A DNA stretch of 64,000 bases from NCBI GenBank assembly GCA_963810095.1, contig CAWEMM010000014.1:64001-128000 (forward strand). The letters are read 5' to 3'. This document shows positions 51,609 through 62,916 of the stretch, piece after piece; position 1 is the first letter of the stretch, and each line of letters starts with the position of its first letter. The DNA comes from an uncultured Chloroflexia bacterium (GTDB lineage: Bacteria > Chloroflexota > Anaerolineae > CG2-30-64-16). The notes below the pieces were generated by a model. It made no database searches. It saw nothing but the letters and a program-made list of their open reading frames with translations, and was not told the origin of the DNA. The translations under genes and the position numbers were made by a program.

Positions 51609-52523
51609 TCACCACCACATCGCTTTGCGTTCGCTTTGGCGCACGTCGATCACTTTTGGCCGGGCGCCCTGCTGGGCGATGTCCTTGCCCGCCGCCTCGG
51701 CAAGGGCCAGCTTGTCGGCCATCGGCCCACTCTCGCCCAACCAGACATCCCATCCTTCCGGCGCCCGATAGTACAGGCCCGGCTCGTCGGCGTAGTAGAA
51801 GTCGGCCAGGTCTTCCCGAATCGCGTGCACGGCGCCCAGGTTGTCGAGCACCAGCTTGCGCAATTCCGCGTTCTTGTCGAGCCGCCCCTTCGATTGATCG
51901 GTGAAGTGCAGCGGCGGGAGCGCGCCTGCCTGCGGCACGTCTGACCCGTCCGCGGCCAGCCAGACCGTCGCCGTCATGGCCTGCCACGCCACGAGCGGTG
52001 CGTGCTCGGTCACGTCGATGAGCACCTGGTTGGGCAGCCGCACGTGAACCGCGACCCTGGCGACGCCAGGGATCTTCTGTACGTTCGCCGCAATGTCGTC
52101 TGAACGCAGCAGGAGCACGTTCCGCCCGTCGATGCCGCTGGTCGTGTAAATCTCCTCGGGCGCAATCCGCTGGCCGCCGCCGATCTGCGTCGATGTCCGG
52201 CTGACCGCCAACTCGGGCACCTGCAACACGTAGATCAGGCCCGCGGTGGTCGCGATGGCTGCCAGCAGCAGCAGCGCGACGCGACCTGCCAGAAACCAGG
52301 TCTCGCGCGACGGCAGTCGCACCGCCGGCCCACTGGCCTTCGTTCGGCTGCCGGCCTTGGCCTGCCCGCCTGCCCGGCCCTGCACGTCGGGTGCGGTGGC
52401 CTGCTTGCGCTTGATGCGCTTCCTGGGTTTCGCAGGCGCCCGCTCGCGCCAGGCGGGCTGCCGCGGCTGGACGTCGTCCTCCGCTTGCTGAGAGCCCTTT
52501 GCCTGGTGCTGCCGAGTCGTCAT
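51609..52523 (-). CDS. ftsQ: Cell division protein FtsQ/DivIB (POTRA domain)
   Basis: Basic N-terminal tail, single TM, POTRA-like segment (IPGVARVAVHVRLPNQVLIDVTEHAP), terminal IDVR; lies between ddl and ftsA. Confidence 0.75.
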   Translation of the reverse strand: MTTRQHQAKGSQQAEDDVQPRQPAWRERAPAKPRKRIKRKQATAPDVQGRAGGQAKAGSRTKASGPAVRLPSRETWFLAGRVALLLLAAIATTAGLIYVLQVPELAVSRTSTQIGGGQRIAPEEIYTTSGIDGRNVLLLRSDDIAANVQKIPGVARVAVHVRLPNQVLIDVTEHAPLVAWQAMTATVWLAADGSDVPQAGALPPLHFTDQSKGRLDKNAELRKLVLDNLGAVHAIREDLADFYYADEPGLYYRAPEGWDVWLGESGPMADKLALAEAAGKDIAQQGARPKVIDVRQSERKAMWW

Positions 52524-52604
52524 AAGCTTCCGTCCCTGTCTGTCGCGCTGCCAGCCGCCCGAGACCTGCCCGATTTGCGAGAACCTCTGCGGTCTTTGTC
52601 AGGA

Positions 52605-53745
52605 TCAGGCCGTCAACTGTCCGCCGTCAAAACTCGTTTGCGAGCGCTGCCGGTCGGCCTGGCGCTCCATTGCCAGCTCGATGAGCCGCTCCACTAATTC
52701 GGCGTAAGAAATGCCCGTCGCTTCCCACAGCTTCGGATACATGCTGATGGTGGTGAAGCCCGGCATCGTGTTCAGCTCATTCAGATACAACTCGCCCGTG
52801 GTGTCCGACAGCAGGAAATCAACCCGCGCCAGGCCGGCACCGTCGATAGCTTCAAAGGCCCGAACGGCAAGATCACGGATTCGCTCGGTCAACGCGGGCG
52901 CAACCTGCGCCGGAATTCGCAGCGTCGACTTGCCGTCGATGTACTTCGCGGCATAGTCGTAGAACTCGTTCGATGGCACGACCTCGCCCGGCACCGATGC
53001 GATCGGGTTATCGTTTCCCAGCACCGCGCACTCGATTTCGTGCGGCTTGTCCACGGCGCGCTCCACGAGGATACGCCGGTCGTACCGGCCCGCTTCGTCC
53101 AGCGCACGGACCAGCGCCCCTCGGTCGACGGCCTTGCTGATGCCGATGCTCGACCCCAGGTTCGCCGGCTTGACGAACACGGGATACCCCAGCTCTGCCT
53201 CGACAGTCTCGACGATCGTCTGCGGCCCCTTCTCCCAGGCGCTCCGCAGCACGGTGACAAACGGAACCACCGGGATGTCGTGGCTCAGGAGCAAGCGCTT
53301 ACACGCGATCTTGTCCATGGCCACGCTGCTGGCCAGCACGCCGCACCCCACGTAGGGGACGCCGGCCAACTCGAGCAGGCCCTGCAGGGTGCCATCCTCG
53401 CCGTGCGGTCCGTGCAGCACGGGGAACACGACGTCGACCGCGGGGAAGGGCTGCCCCGTCGCGCCCGGGCACCAGGTCGCGCCCGGTCTGGGATTCGCGA
53501 TCCTCGGACCCAACATTGTCGGGCCCGCCCGCACTCAGCAGGGCATGGGGGTCGCCACTCAGCAGCCAACGTCCGCCGCGGGTAATGCCGATGGGCACGA
53601 CCTGATAGCCCTTCTGCTGCAGCACATTCATCACAGAGCGAGCCGAAACGAGCGACACGTCGTGTTCGCCCGACTGCCCGCCGAAAATCACTGCCACGCG
53701 GGTGCCCGCCCTACCGGCCGGTGTCCGCTTGTCTTGCTCGTCCAT
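52605..53745 (-). CDS. ddl: D-alanine--D-alanine ligase (frameshift near 53500)
   Basis: [19 protein letters not shown], then [56 protein letters not shown]. Confidence 0.95.
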
Positions 53746-53779
53746 GGTTAGCTCGTCAGTCAACGGTATCCTGCTATGT

Positions 53780-54763
53780 TTACAGGTTCGATAACGGGTT
53801 TGCCGCCCACTCGCCAAGGAACAGGATTTCGGGAACCAGGCGGATGTCCGTGGCCCGGTACACCTGTTCACGCAGCAAGTTGATCAGCGCAACAACGTCG
53901 GAGGCGGTCGCGCCGCCTGCATTCACGATAAAGTTTGCGTGGCGAGGCGAAACCTGCGCCCCGCCAATCTGATGTCCCTTCAGGCCCAGCGACTCGATGA
54001 GCCGGCCGGCATGATCGCCGGATGGGTTGCGAAAGATGCTGCCCGCACTTGGCTCGACCGGCTGGGTAGCCCGCCGCCGTGCCAGGTACTCATCCGCACG
54101 GCGCTCCAACTCGGCCGCCTCCCCGTGCGGCAGGTCAAACCCGGCCGCCAGCACTGTCGGTTTCGGGTCCCGGTCCGGGTCCTGCAGTTGCTCCTTGAGC
54201 AGGCTGCTGCGATACACGTAGCACAGCTCATCGCGGCCGAACACTTGCCGCCCGCATCCGGCATAGCAAACTGCGGCCCACGCGAGATTGGCCGCCGTAT
54301 CGCTGCCGTGTGCGCCGGCATTGCCAATGACCGCGCCGCCCACCGTGCCCGGCACGCTGACCGCCCACTCGAGCCCCGCCAACCCCTGGCGCAGGGCCCA
54401 GCGAGCGCACCCGGCCAGCAAAACACCGGATTCGGCGACCGTCTGCTCATCTCGGACGGCAGGATGGTTCCAGCGCTTCCGGCACTCGGCGCCCGAGCCC
54501 TGCCAGCGCGCCTGGTTCGCGACCACCAACCCGCGCATGCCCGCGTCGCTGACCAGCATGTTGCTGCCGCCGCCGAGCACCGTCACCGGAATCCCGTGAT
54601 CGAGCGCCACGTCGGGCAGCGCCTCGAGTTGTTCGAGCGTCGTAGCCGCGGCGTACCAGTCTGCCGGGCCGCCGATACGAAACGTGGTATGTTTCGCCAG
54701 CGGCTCATCCCGCAGGAGCTGTACGCCCAAGCTGCGAACCCTCTCCTCGAACGTCACGCCCAT
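53780..54763 (-). CDS. murB: UDP-N-acetylenolpyruvoylglucosamine reductase
   Basis: [55 protein letters not shown]. Confidence 0.95.
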   Translation of the reverse strand: MGVTFEERVRSLGVQLLRDEPLAKHTTFRIGGPADWYAAATTLEQLEALPDVALDHGIPVTVLGGGSNMLVSDAGMRGLVVANQARWQGSGAECRKRWNHPAVRDEQTVAESGVLLAGCARWALRQGLAGLEWAVSVPGTVGGAVIGNAGAHGSDTAANLAWAAVCYAGCGRQVFGRDELCYVYRSSLLKEQLQDPDRDPKPTVLAAGFDLPHGEAAELERRADEYLARRRATQPVEPSAGSIFRNPSGDHAGRLIESLGLKGHQIGGAQVSPRHANFIVNAGGATASDVVALINLLREQVYRATDIRLVPEILFLGEWAANPLSNL

Positions 54764-54785
54764 CTCCGTCCCATTCCCTCTTGCC

Positions 54786-56289
54786 CTACACGAGCCCCTC
54801 GCGCTGGCGCAGCCCGGAGAGCAGCAGCGTGCCCACCAGGTTCCCGTCGCCCGCGCTCATCGTAATCACCACATCGTCCGGCTCGACGCTGGACAGCAGG
54901 GTCTCGACCGCGGCTTCGATCGTGCCCACGTATGCCGCCCCCTCGTGGTCCATCACTTCGAGCAACTGCCGGCTGTGCATCCCCAGGTCGATCTTTTCGC
55001 GGGCGGCATAAATGTCGAGCAGCAGCACCCGATCGGCGTCGTCGAAGCTGTGCTCGTAGTCCTGCAGCAGCGCCTGGGTGCGGCTGTACGTATGCGGCTG
55101 GAACACCGCCCAGATGCGCCGGGTCGGATAGCGCAGGCGAGCCGCGGACAGGGTCGCCGCCACTTCCGTCGGGTGATGGGCGTAATCGTCGATGACAATC
55201 ACGCCGCCGGCCTCGCCAATGTACTCGAAACGCCGGCCCGCGCCGTGAAAGTCGTGCAGCATCTTGACAGCCAGCCGGGGCTTGATGTGATGCCAGTTTG
55301 CTACGGCCAGCGCGGCCAGCGCATTGCGTACGTTGTGCCGGCCGGGGACAGGCAGCGACAGGTCTGCCACGTGCTCGCCGTCGTACCACACCTCGGCGTC
55401 AAAACCACCCTGCGCGTTCTGCGACAGGCTGCGGGCCTGCCACGCTGCTTCATCGGCCAGACCGTAGGTCTCGACCTTCACGCCCTCGACCACCGCATCG
55501 CGCAGGTCCAGCGCGCCCGGGTCGTCGGCGCACACAACCAGCATGCCTTCCGGCGGGATTTGACCGACGAACTTGCGGAACGCCTCGTCGAAGGCAGCCG
55601 GCGTCGGGTAGCAATCGACGTGATCCCATTCGACGTTCGTCACCACGCCCACCTCGAGCTCCAGCCCGAGGAACATGCCATCGTACTCGTCGGCCTCGAT
55701 CACGAAAGGACCCTTGCCCGCCCACGACGAGATGTTGGCAAAGGCCGCCATCCCCTCTGCGGGGCCCAGCGACAGCCGGCCGCCGACGATGATGCTGGGA
55801 TCGAGGCCCGCACGCAGCAGGATAATCGCCGTCATGCTGGTCGTCGTCGTTTTGCCGTGCGTGCCGGCCACGCCGATGCCGTGCTGCCCGCGCATCAGCG
55901 GCCCCAACAGTTGGCTGCGCTTGACCACCGGGATGCCGGCCGCCTCGGCCGCATCCACTTCCGGGTTGCCCTCGGGCACGGCAGAGGAAATCAGGACGAT
56001 GTCGGCCCCGGCCACGTTTTCGGCGTGATGGCCCCGGTAGACCGTAACGCCGCGCTTGGCCAGCGCGTCGGTCATTTCATTCGGGCGCTGATCCGAGCCC
56101 GTCACCCGGTAACCCCGCTCCAGCAGGAAGCCGGCAATGGCAGACAGCCCCGAGCCGCCAATGCCCACCAGGTGAAAGCGCACCGACGCCACATCGGGCC
56201 GCTGCAGCAGGGCAACCCATGACGGATCGACAGCGCGCCGGACCCCGACGCCCGTATGGGCTGCGCTCGTTCTCAGGTTGCTCGTTCAT
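54786..56289 (-). CDS. murC: UDP-N-acetylmuramate--L-alanine ligase (start uncertain: GTG 56192, or ATG 56289 with a frameshift)
   Basis: HLVGIGGSGLSA, VAGTHGKTTTT, EADEYD, DHVD, RRFE, DDYAHHPTE, FQPHTYSRT, AGD. Confidence 0.95.
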
Positions 56290-56793
56290 TTCCATACCCT
56301 GGCAATTAGGAGTAAGACCGCCAGCCCAATGAAGTAAGGCCAACTGAAGACAGCCGGCGGCAGCAGCTTCACCAGGACTTCGTAGGTCGGCGTGTACGTC
56401 TGCGCGACGTTGAGGCCGGGCCACCCCGCCTGCTGCAAATAATACCATATGCTTCCGGCGAACAGCCAACCGTTCAGCAGGCCCGATGCCGAAGTTGAAG
56501 AACGGTTTGCTGCCCGAGCCAGGGAAAGCCAGCGTATTGCCCTGGTACGAGATAAAGGTCATGACGAGCAGAAAGAGCACCATGATCCAGGGGAAGAGGA
56601 CCGTTGCCTGGCTGGTGATAAGCCCCAATGCAGACTGGACGACGGCCGAATAGCGTTCATTGATAAACTCAAGCACGAAGAGCGCGATCAAGAGCATGAT
56701 CGTGACGCCGAGTTCCTTGGCGTACCCGCGCACGAAGGCAATCGCGATAAAAATCGCGATCACGATAAAGAAGGTGATTTCGACAGGTCCCAC
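56286..56793 (-). CDS. Membrane protein, CvpA-like (frameshift near 56480)
   Basis: GTG 56793: GPVEITFFIVIAIFIAIAFVRGYAKELGVTIMLLIALF... After the shift it reads LNGWLFAGSIWYYL...VWK*, with the stop overlapping the murC upstream ATG. The RG..E motif is CvpA-like. Confidence 0.55.
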
Positions 56794-56798
56794 GCGTC

Positions 56799-57466
56799 CT
56801 ATCCCTTCTTCGCACCGCGGTTGAGGCTCGCGCTGCAACCAAGAGGAAGAGCGCGACGATGATGCCCAGGAAGGCCGTGATCAGCCCCTGGTTCGCCAGG
56901 TTGTTCAGGAACAGCAAGAGGCGATCCCACAGCGACGGGCCGGACGCGCCGGGCGTGATCACGACCGGGCCGGCCGGAGTCGCCGGGCCAAAGGCGAAAG
57001 GCAGCGGCACGAGCGCCGCGTATTCCGGCGCGATTGCCAGAACGACCATTGCCGCCACGAAGTAGCCGGCGACGAGACCGATAAATAGGCCCAGCAGCGA
57101 GCGTTTCGGAATGAACCACTTCGCACCGCTGACCAGCACGGCGATCAGAACGACGGTGACGAAGATCAGGCCAAGCACGAGGTACTTGACTGCGTCGGTG
57201 ACGAGCGGCGGCGTATCCTTGAGGGATGCGATCGCCTCATCGGCGCTGCCCGAGCCCGCCAGCGCGCTCAGCCCTCCCGAAAGCAGGAATTGAAAGCCCT
57301 TGGCGAACGCGTTGATGTACTTGACGATCGTATCGCCTAATGCGCCGGTGACCGCGATGGCCAGGATGGTCATGATCAGGATGAAGAGGGCCGCGCGCCA
57401 GCCTCGGAGATATCCGATCACGCCAAAGATGGCCATCGTGCCGGCCAGGATAAACAGCCAGGTCAT
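56799..57466 (-). CDS. Membrane protein, CvpA-like (probable frameshift near 56830)
   Basis: MTWLFILAGTMAIFGVIGYLRGWRAALF... SLLGLFIGLVAGYF; 5-6 hydrophobic segments. Confidence 0.6.
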
Positions 57467-58831
57467 TTCGCCGTCTTCTCCGCTTCACTTGCACCGGCGA
57501 GTCCACTTGCCAGCGCAAGCAGCTGCGCCGCAATGTTCGCCGCTGCATCGGGCCGGGCCAGCGCCGCGGCGGCTGCAGACATCGCCTGGAGCCGCTCGGG
57601 GTGGCCCAACAGGTCGAGCAGCACCGGCTTGAGCCGGGCCGCCAGGTCCCTGTCCGCAATCACCACTGCCGCGCCCCGTTCCGCTAGATAGCGGGCGTTT
57701 GCGTCCTGGTGCTGCCCGGCGTAGGGATAGGGAACCAGGACGGCGGGAAGCTTGGCCGCCGGGAACTCGCCCAGCGTCGCTGCACCGGCTCGAGCCACGA
57801 CGAGATCCGCGGCGACGAGCGCATGAACCATATCGTGCATATAAGCATACGGATGGTAGCGTACCAAAGCATCCGCGTCGACTTGCCCCCTTTGCACCGC
57901 TTGCTGCAGCGCGGCCTCCGCGGCCGTGGCCGCGTTCTCCCAGTCGTGCTGGCCGGTCACGTGAACCACCTGGCAGAGCGGGAGAAGCTCGGGCAGCGCC
58001 TCGATGAGCGCCCGGTTGATGCTGCGCGCGCCCCGGCTCCCACCGAAGACGAGCAACACGGGCAGGTCGGCCCGCAAGCCCAGCGCGGCCCATGCCTCGT
58101 GTTTCTCCGTCGTGAACAGGTCCTCCCGCACGGGATAGCCCGGTCACCACGGCCTTCTGGCCGAAGAAGTGCGCCACCTCGGGAAACGAGACGGCGACCT
58201 TCCGGGCTAGGTAGCTCGTGGCCTGGATGGCCCGGCCCGGCGTCAGGTCGGGCAGGTAGATCATCAGGGGCACCCGCGGCCGGGCCCGATAGGCGGCCCA
58301 TGCCACCGGCGCTGCAACGTACCCGCCGGTCATGAACACCGCGTCGGGCTGCCACGCCCTGATCAGGGCCGCCGTCTCTTGCGCGCCCGCGCGCCATCTT
58401 CGCCAGGTTGCCGGCCGCGGTCCACAGCGCCCGGCCGCGGATCTGGCCCGTCGCAACGGGCGTGAATGGGAGACCTGCCCGCTCGGCTAACATCTGCTCC
58501 ATGCCCCCGGCCTCGCCCACGTAGCGAAACTCAACCTGCCCGATTCCCGGCCTCCTCCGGCTCCAGGCATGCCTGGGATCGAGAAAGGGGAATCGGGCCC
58601 GGTGAGCGCGCCGGCCGGACTTGCGTTAGGCGCGGCGGACTTTGTCGTTGGGCGGCTGGCGGTTGGGCCGGCGGACCGGGGTGTTTCGCCCGGGCGTCGT
58701 GCGTCCGCGTGACCGTCCTGCCGGTGGCTGCCGGGTTCCGGGGTCGCGACGACCTGCCGGATCGCGGAGAGTACCGCCAAGACGGGGTAGACGTGGCCGC
58801 CAGTCCCTCCCCCCGATAGCAAAATACGCAT
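57463..58831 (-). CDS. murG: MurG glycosyltransferase (several frameshifts; N-terminal insertion)
   Basis: MRILLSGGGTGGHVYP; GEAGGME; PDAVFMTGGYVAAP; VFGGSRGARSIN; ADLVVARAGAATLGE; HQDANA. Confidence 0.92.
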
Positions 58832-59970
58832 TCGGCGACTTTTTCTCCTTAGCAGAGCGCGAGATGCTCAGCAGCAAACCAACAGCGATCATGCACGACA
58901 CCAGCGACGAACCTCCGTAGGACATGAATGGTAAAGGCTGTCCCGTAGCTGGGAAGAGTGTCAAGGAGGCGCCCATATGGATGCCCGCCTGCGCGAGAAT
59001 CCAGGCGGTCAGACCCACCGCAAGCAGCGACCCGAAGCGCGTGTCGGCATTCAGCGCAATCGCAATGGCCCGATAGCCGAACCAGCAGAACAGCGCGACC
59101 ACGGCGATCATGCCGAAGATCGTGAAGTCGGCGCCGATGTTCGCGAAGAGGAAATCGCTCCACAGGCCGAAGACGTGCGCTTTGGTCTGCCACACGGCCG
59201 GGTCGACGCCAATGCCGCGGCCCGCCCGGATCAGCTCGGTCATGTTGACCAGGTCTGCCGTCGCCTTCTCGGGCGCAAACCACAGGTTGTACCAGTTCTG
59301 AAAGCGGCCGAGCGGGTAGGCGAACTTCACCATCGCGAACGCGACGATGGGCGCTCCGATCGCGCCGAGCAACAGGAGCTGCTTGAATGCGCCGCCGCCC
59401 ACGAAGTAGATGGCCAGCCCGGTCATCAGGACGATCATGGTCACGCTAAGGCTTTTCTCTGCGACGATCAGCCCGGCCACCAGCCCGACGATGATCGCAA
59501 AGGGGAAGAAACCTTCCTTGAAATCCGACACCTTGCGGCCGCGGGCTGCCACCCAGGCCGCCACATAGATCGCGACGCCCACCTTGGCCAACTCGCTCGG
59601 CTGGAAGCTGGAGCCCGTGAAGGTGCGCTTGCCGCCAAACTCGCTCTCCTGGCCGAAGATCAGCACCGCCACCAGGATCAGGATCGTGAAAGAGCATGAT
59701 CGGGATCGCGATCTTCTGCCAGAACCGGTAGGGCACCATGGCCACGGCGAAACAGGTCAGCAGACCCAGCACGACCCACTTGGTCTGTGCCAGGAAGAAC
59801 TGCGTGCCCACCTTCGCAAAGCTGGCACTGAACACCATCACCAATCCGACCAGGAGCAGGGTCGCCACGACCGCGATCAGCTGGTAGTCCATGTTTGCCA
59901 GCGCGTTCTGGATCGCCGCCCAAATCGACGTCCGTTCCTTTGCAGTTCGACCCGCAGCCTGAGCACTCAT
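58626..59970 (-). CDS. ftsW: Cell division/peptidoglycan polymerase FtsW (frameshift near 59690)
   Basis: GLVMVFSAS, SFQPSELAK, SDFLFA.IG, PATGQPLPFMSYGGSS, GLLLSISR. Confidence 0.92.
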
Positions 59971-61425
59971 GGTAGTGCCTCCACCAACTCACGGAAGTGC
60001 TGCCCCCGCGCAGCAAAGTCGACATAAGCGTCAAAGCTGGTGCCGCCGGGCGCCAGAAGCACCACATCTCCCGGCTGCGCCGCCCTTGCTGCTGCGACGA
60101 CTGCAGCAGGCAAGTCGGCGGCTTGCTCGACGACGGGCCCTGCGCCGAGTTGGGTGTGGGCCTCGGCAATTGCCGCCCGGATCAGCCCGGCCGCTTCGCC
60201 GAAGACTACCACCTCGCGTACCTTGCGGGCGCAGATCTCGCGCGCACACTCGCCCCAGGGCAGGTGCTTGTCGCGGCCGCCCAGCAGCAGGACGAGCGGC
60301 TCGCTGAACGAGCGGATTGCCGCTACCGTGCGCTCGGGCGCCGTCGCGATCGAGTCGTTGACCCAGGTCACGCGGCGGCGCTCCGCCACGATCTCGAGCC
60401 GGTGCTCGACTCCGGCGAACGAAGTTGCGACGGCCGCAATCGCGGCGACAGGCGCGCCGGCCGCCGAACTCAGGCAGGCCGCGGCCAGAATGTTCGCCAG
60501 GTTATGCCGGCCGCGCAGGCGTACATCCTGGATCGAGCAAATGACCTCGTCGCCGCGGCCCGGTTGGTGCAAGACCAGTTCGTCGCCCGAGATGAAGGCG
60601 CCGCCCGGAAGTCTGCGCTCGAGGCTGAAGCCTTCCGTGGCGGCCTGAAGCGGGAAATAAACCTCTTCCTGGCCCTCGCCCGCGTCGATGTGGACCCGTC
60701 CCGACGCAAGCCAGGCGGCCGTGTAGCCGTCGTCCGCGCTCAGGATCGCCACATCGCTGCGCTCCTGGAAGCGCAGGATGTTGGCCTTCGCGGCCGCGTA
60801 GTGCGACATGGACGGGTGCCGGTCCAGGTGGTTGGGGGTGATGTTCAGCACCGCGGCAATGGCCGGGCTGCGGTCCATCAGCTCGAGCTGGAAGCTCGAC
60901 AACTCCATGACCACCTTGTCGCCCCGCTGAATCTCGGCCAGCCGGTCGATGAGCGGCGTGCCGATGTTTCCCCCACGTGCACCCGGTAGCCCGCGCGCTC
61001 GAGAATGAGGCCGGTGAGCGTCGTGGTCGTGGTCTTGCCGGCCGAGCCCGTGATGCCCACCACCGGGGCGGGACAGTGGCGCAGGGTCAGCGCCCCGTCG
61101 TTGGTCAGGGGGATGCCCCGGCGTCGCGCCTCTTCGGCAATAGGGATGGCCGGGGAGACGCCGCCACTGAGCAGCAGGAGGTCGGTCTGGTCGAGGAGGC
61201 TCAGCGGGTGGCCGCCGAGTGCAAATTGCGGCTCGGGCACGCCGTTCTCGCCGCGAACTGGACGAGGGATGCGATCGCACCGGCAAGCTGCTCGGCCGTG
61301 CGCTGGTCGCTGAGTGTCACGCCGGCGCCCGCGGCCAACAGGAAGCGCGCGACCGCCAGCCCTTGGCGTGCCATGCCCAGGACCGTCGTCCGCATCCCCA
61401 TGTAACCGGTGCCGTTGCGCTTCAA
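59967..61425 (-). CDS. murD: UDP-N-acetylmuramoyl-L-alanine--D-glutamate ligase (frameshifts near 61250 and 60975)
   Basis: VLGMARQG; SGGV; [12 protein letters not shown]; GGNIG; ELSSFQL; [11 protein letters not shown]; HRLE; NDSIAT; [10 protein letters not shown]; RGQHF. Probable TTG start at 61425. Confidence 0.92.
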
Positions 61426-61435
61426 GTCTTCGCCC

Positions 61436-61807
61436 CTAAGATGAGTCCACTGTCCAACCTGCTGCACCGGCCCACTCGCCGGCCATGCGTTCCGCCTGCG
61501 CAGGAGTCATCGCCCAGGATTGGTATGTCAGCGACACGTATGCGCCGTTCTCGGAAAGCGTGCCATCTTCGTAAGTGTCCAACGGCAGCGGGGTCAGCTC
61601 GACCACCACCCCATGGACCTTGGCCGTTCCGTGCGCCGTCTCCTCCGCGCTCGATGGGCCCGCCACCAACGCCACCGCCCGGCTCGCTCCGCCGAACGCG
61701 ATCGCCATGGCCGACTCCACGTTGCCTACAGCCAGCGCCGCATCGATCTGCGCCTCAAGTGGGCTCAGCATGTCGAGTGCGCTCTGCCAGTCGTGTGCGT
61801 CGGTCAT
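61436..61807 (-). CDS. Hypothetical protein (about 123 aa)
   Basis: ATG 61807 with AAGGAAC upstream; fills the mraY-murD gap exactly on the operon strand; acidic, no motif recognised. Confidence 0.55.
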   Translation of the reverse strand: MTDAHDWQSALDMLSPLEAQIDAALAVGNVESAMAIAFGGASRAVALVAGPSSAEETAHGTAKVHGVVVELTPLPLDTYEDGTLSENGAYVSLTYQSWAMTPAQAERMAGEWAGAAGWTVDSS

Positions 61808-61838
61808 GATGTTCCTTCGGACGCGTCGCGCCAAGGCG

Positions 61839-62909
61839 CTATAACAGCGCCAGCGCGACGCCGATCATCCCGGCCAAAATGCTGATCAGGAAGAAGCGCC
61901 ACACGATGTGGGTCTCCGACCAGCCGAGCAGTTCAAAGTGATGGTGCAGCGGCGCCATCTTGAAGATGCGCTTGCCCACCCCCGTGCGCTTCTTCGTCCA
62001 CTTGAAGTAGCTCACCTGCATCACATCCGATGCGGCTTCGGCCACAAAGACCAGGCCGACGATGGGCAGGATGAGCCACTGGCCTGTCATCAGCGCAACG
62101 ACTGCCAGCGTCGCGCCCAGCGCCAGCGCGCCCGTGTCGCCCATGAACAGCTGGGCGGGGTGCGAGTTGTACCACAGAAAAGCGAACAACGCGCCGACCA
62201 TCGCAAAGCAGAACGAGCTCAGCGGGTACTGGCCCTGAAGATTGGCGATGATGCCGTACGCGGCAAACGCCACCGCCGAGGTGGATCCGGCCAGCCCGTC
62301 CAGCCCGTCGGTCAGGTTCACCGCGTTCGACATGGCCACGATCACGAAAACCGCGGCCGGGATGTAAAGGAGCCCCAGGTTGACGCGTTGGGCGACACCC
62401 GGGATGCCGACGCTCTGCAGGTCGAGAAAGAAATACAGGCCGACGGCCGCCGCCAGCGCCAGCAGCACCTGGTAGGACGCCTTGATCCGCGCGATCAGCC
62501 CCTGGCCGTCCGAGCGCTTGCCATGGATGCCGGCCCAATCGTCGCGGGCGCCCAACAGGCTGAAGCCAATGAGCACGAGGAGCGGCAGCAGGATCGACTT
62601 GCCGATCAGTGGGCTGCCCTCGGCGAAGTTAAAGAGCCGCAGGACCGCCTTCCCCCAGCCCACGCCGCTCAGCAGGTTCGCGAGGTTCAGGACGACCGTG
62701 ATAAAGAACACCGGCACCAGGAACAGGAATCCGCCCATCGTCGGGGTGCCCATCTTGGTCTGGTGGCCCGAGGGTCCCTCGATCCGGATTTGCTTGCCAA
62801 TGCCCTTCTTCTTAAGCAGGTTGATGAACGGCCGCCCCCAGACGACCGCCAGCAGGAACGACACGGTCGCCAGGCCAAGCGCAAAAGGCATTGGTAGATG
62901 CTCGATCAT
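61839..62909 (-). CDS. mraY: Phospho-N-acetylmuramoyl-pentapeptide transferase
   Basis: KMGTPTMGG, DD, SNAVNLTDGLDGLA, FMGDTG, MAPLHHHFEL.GW.E. Confidence 0.97.
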   Translation of the reverse strand: MIEHLPMPFALGLATVSFLLAVVWGRPFINLLKKKGIGKQIRIEGPSGHQTKMGTPTMGGFLFLVPVFFITVVLNLANLLSGVGWGKAVLRLFNFAEGSPLIGKSILLPLLVLIGFSLLGARDDWAGIHGKRSDGQGLIARIKASYQVLLALAAAVGLYFFLDLQSVGIPGVAQRVNLGLLYIPAAVFVIVAMSNAVNLTDGLDGLAGSTSAVAFAAYGIIANLQGQYPLSSFCFAMVGALFAFLWYNSHPAQLFMGDTGALALGATLAVVALMTGQWLILPIVGLVFVAEAASDVMQVSYFKWTKKRTGVGKRIFKMAPLHHHFELLGWSETHIVWRFFLISILAGMIGVALALL

Positions 62910-62916
62910 GAATGCC

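Noticed and set aside
52605-61425. Pseudogenisation of the peptidoglycan pathway
   Set aside because: All catalytic motifs are intact and only isolated small indels are seen, which is better explained by sequencing error
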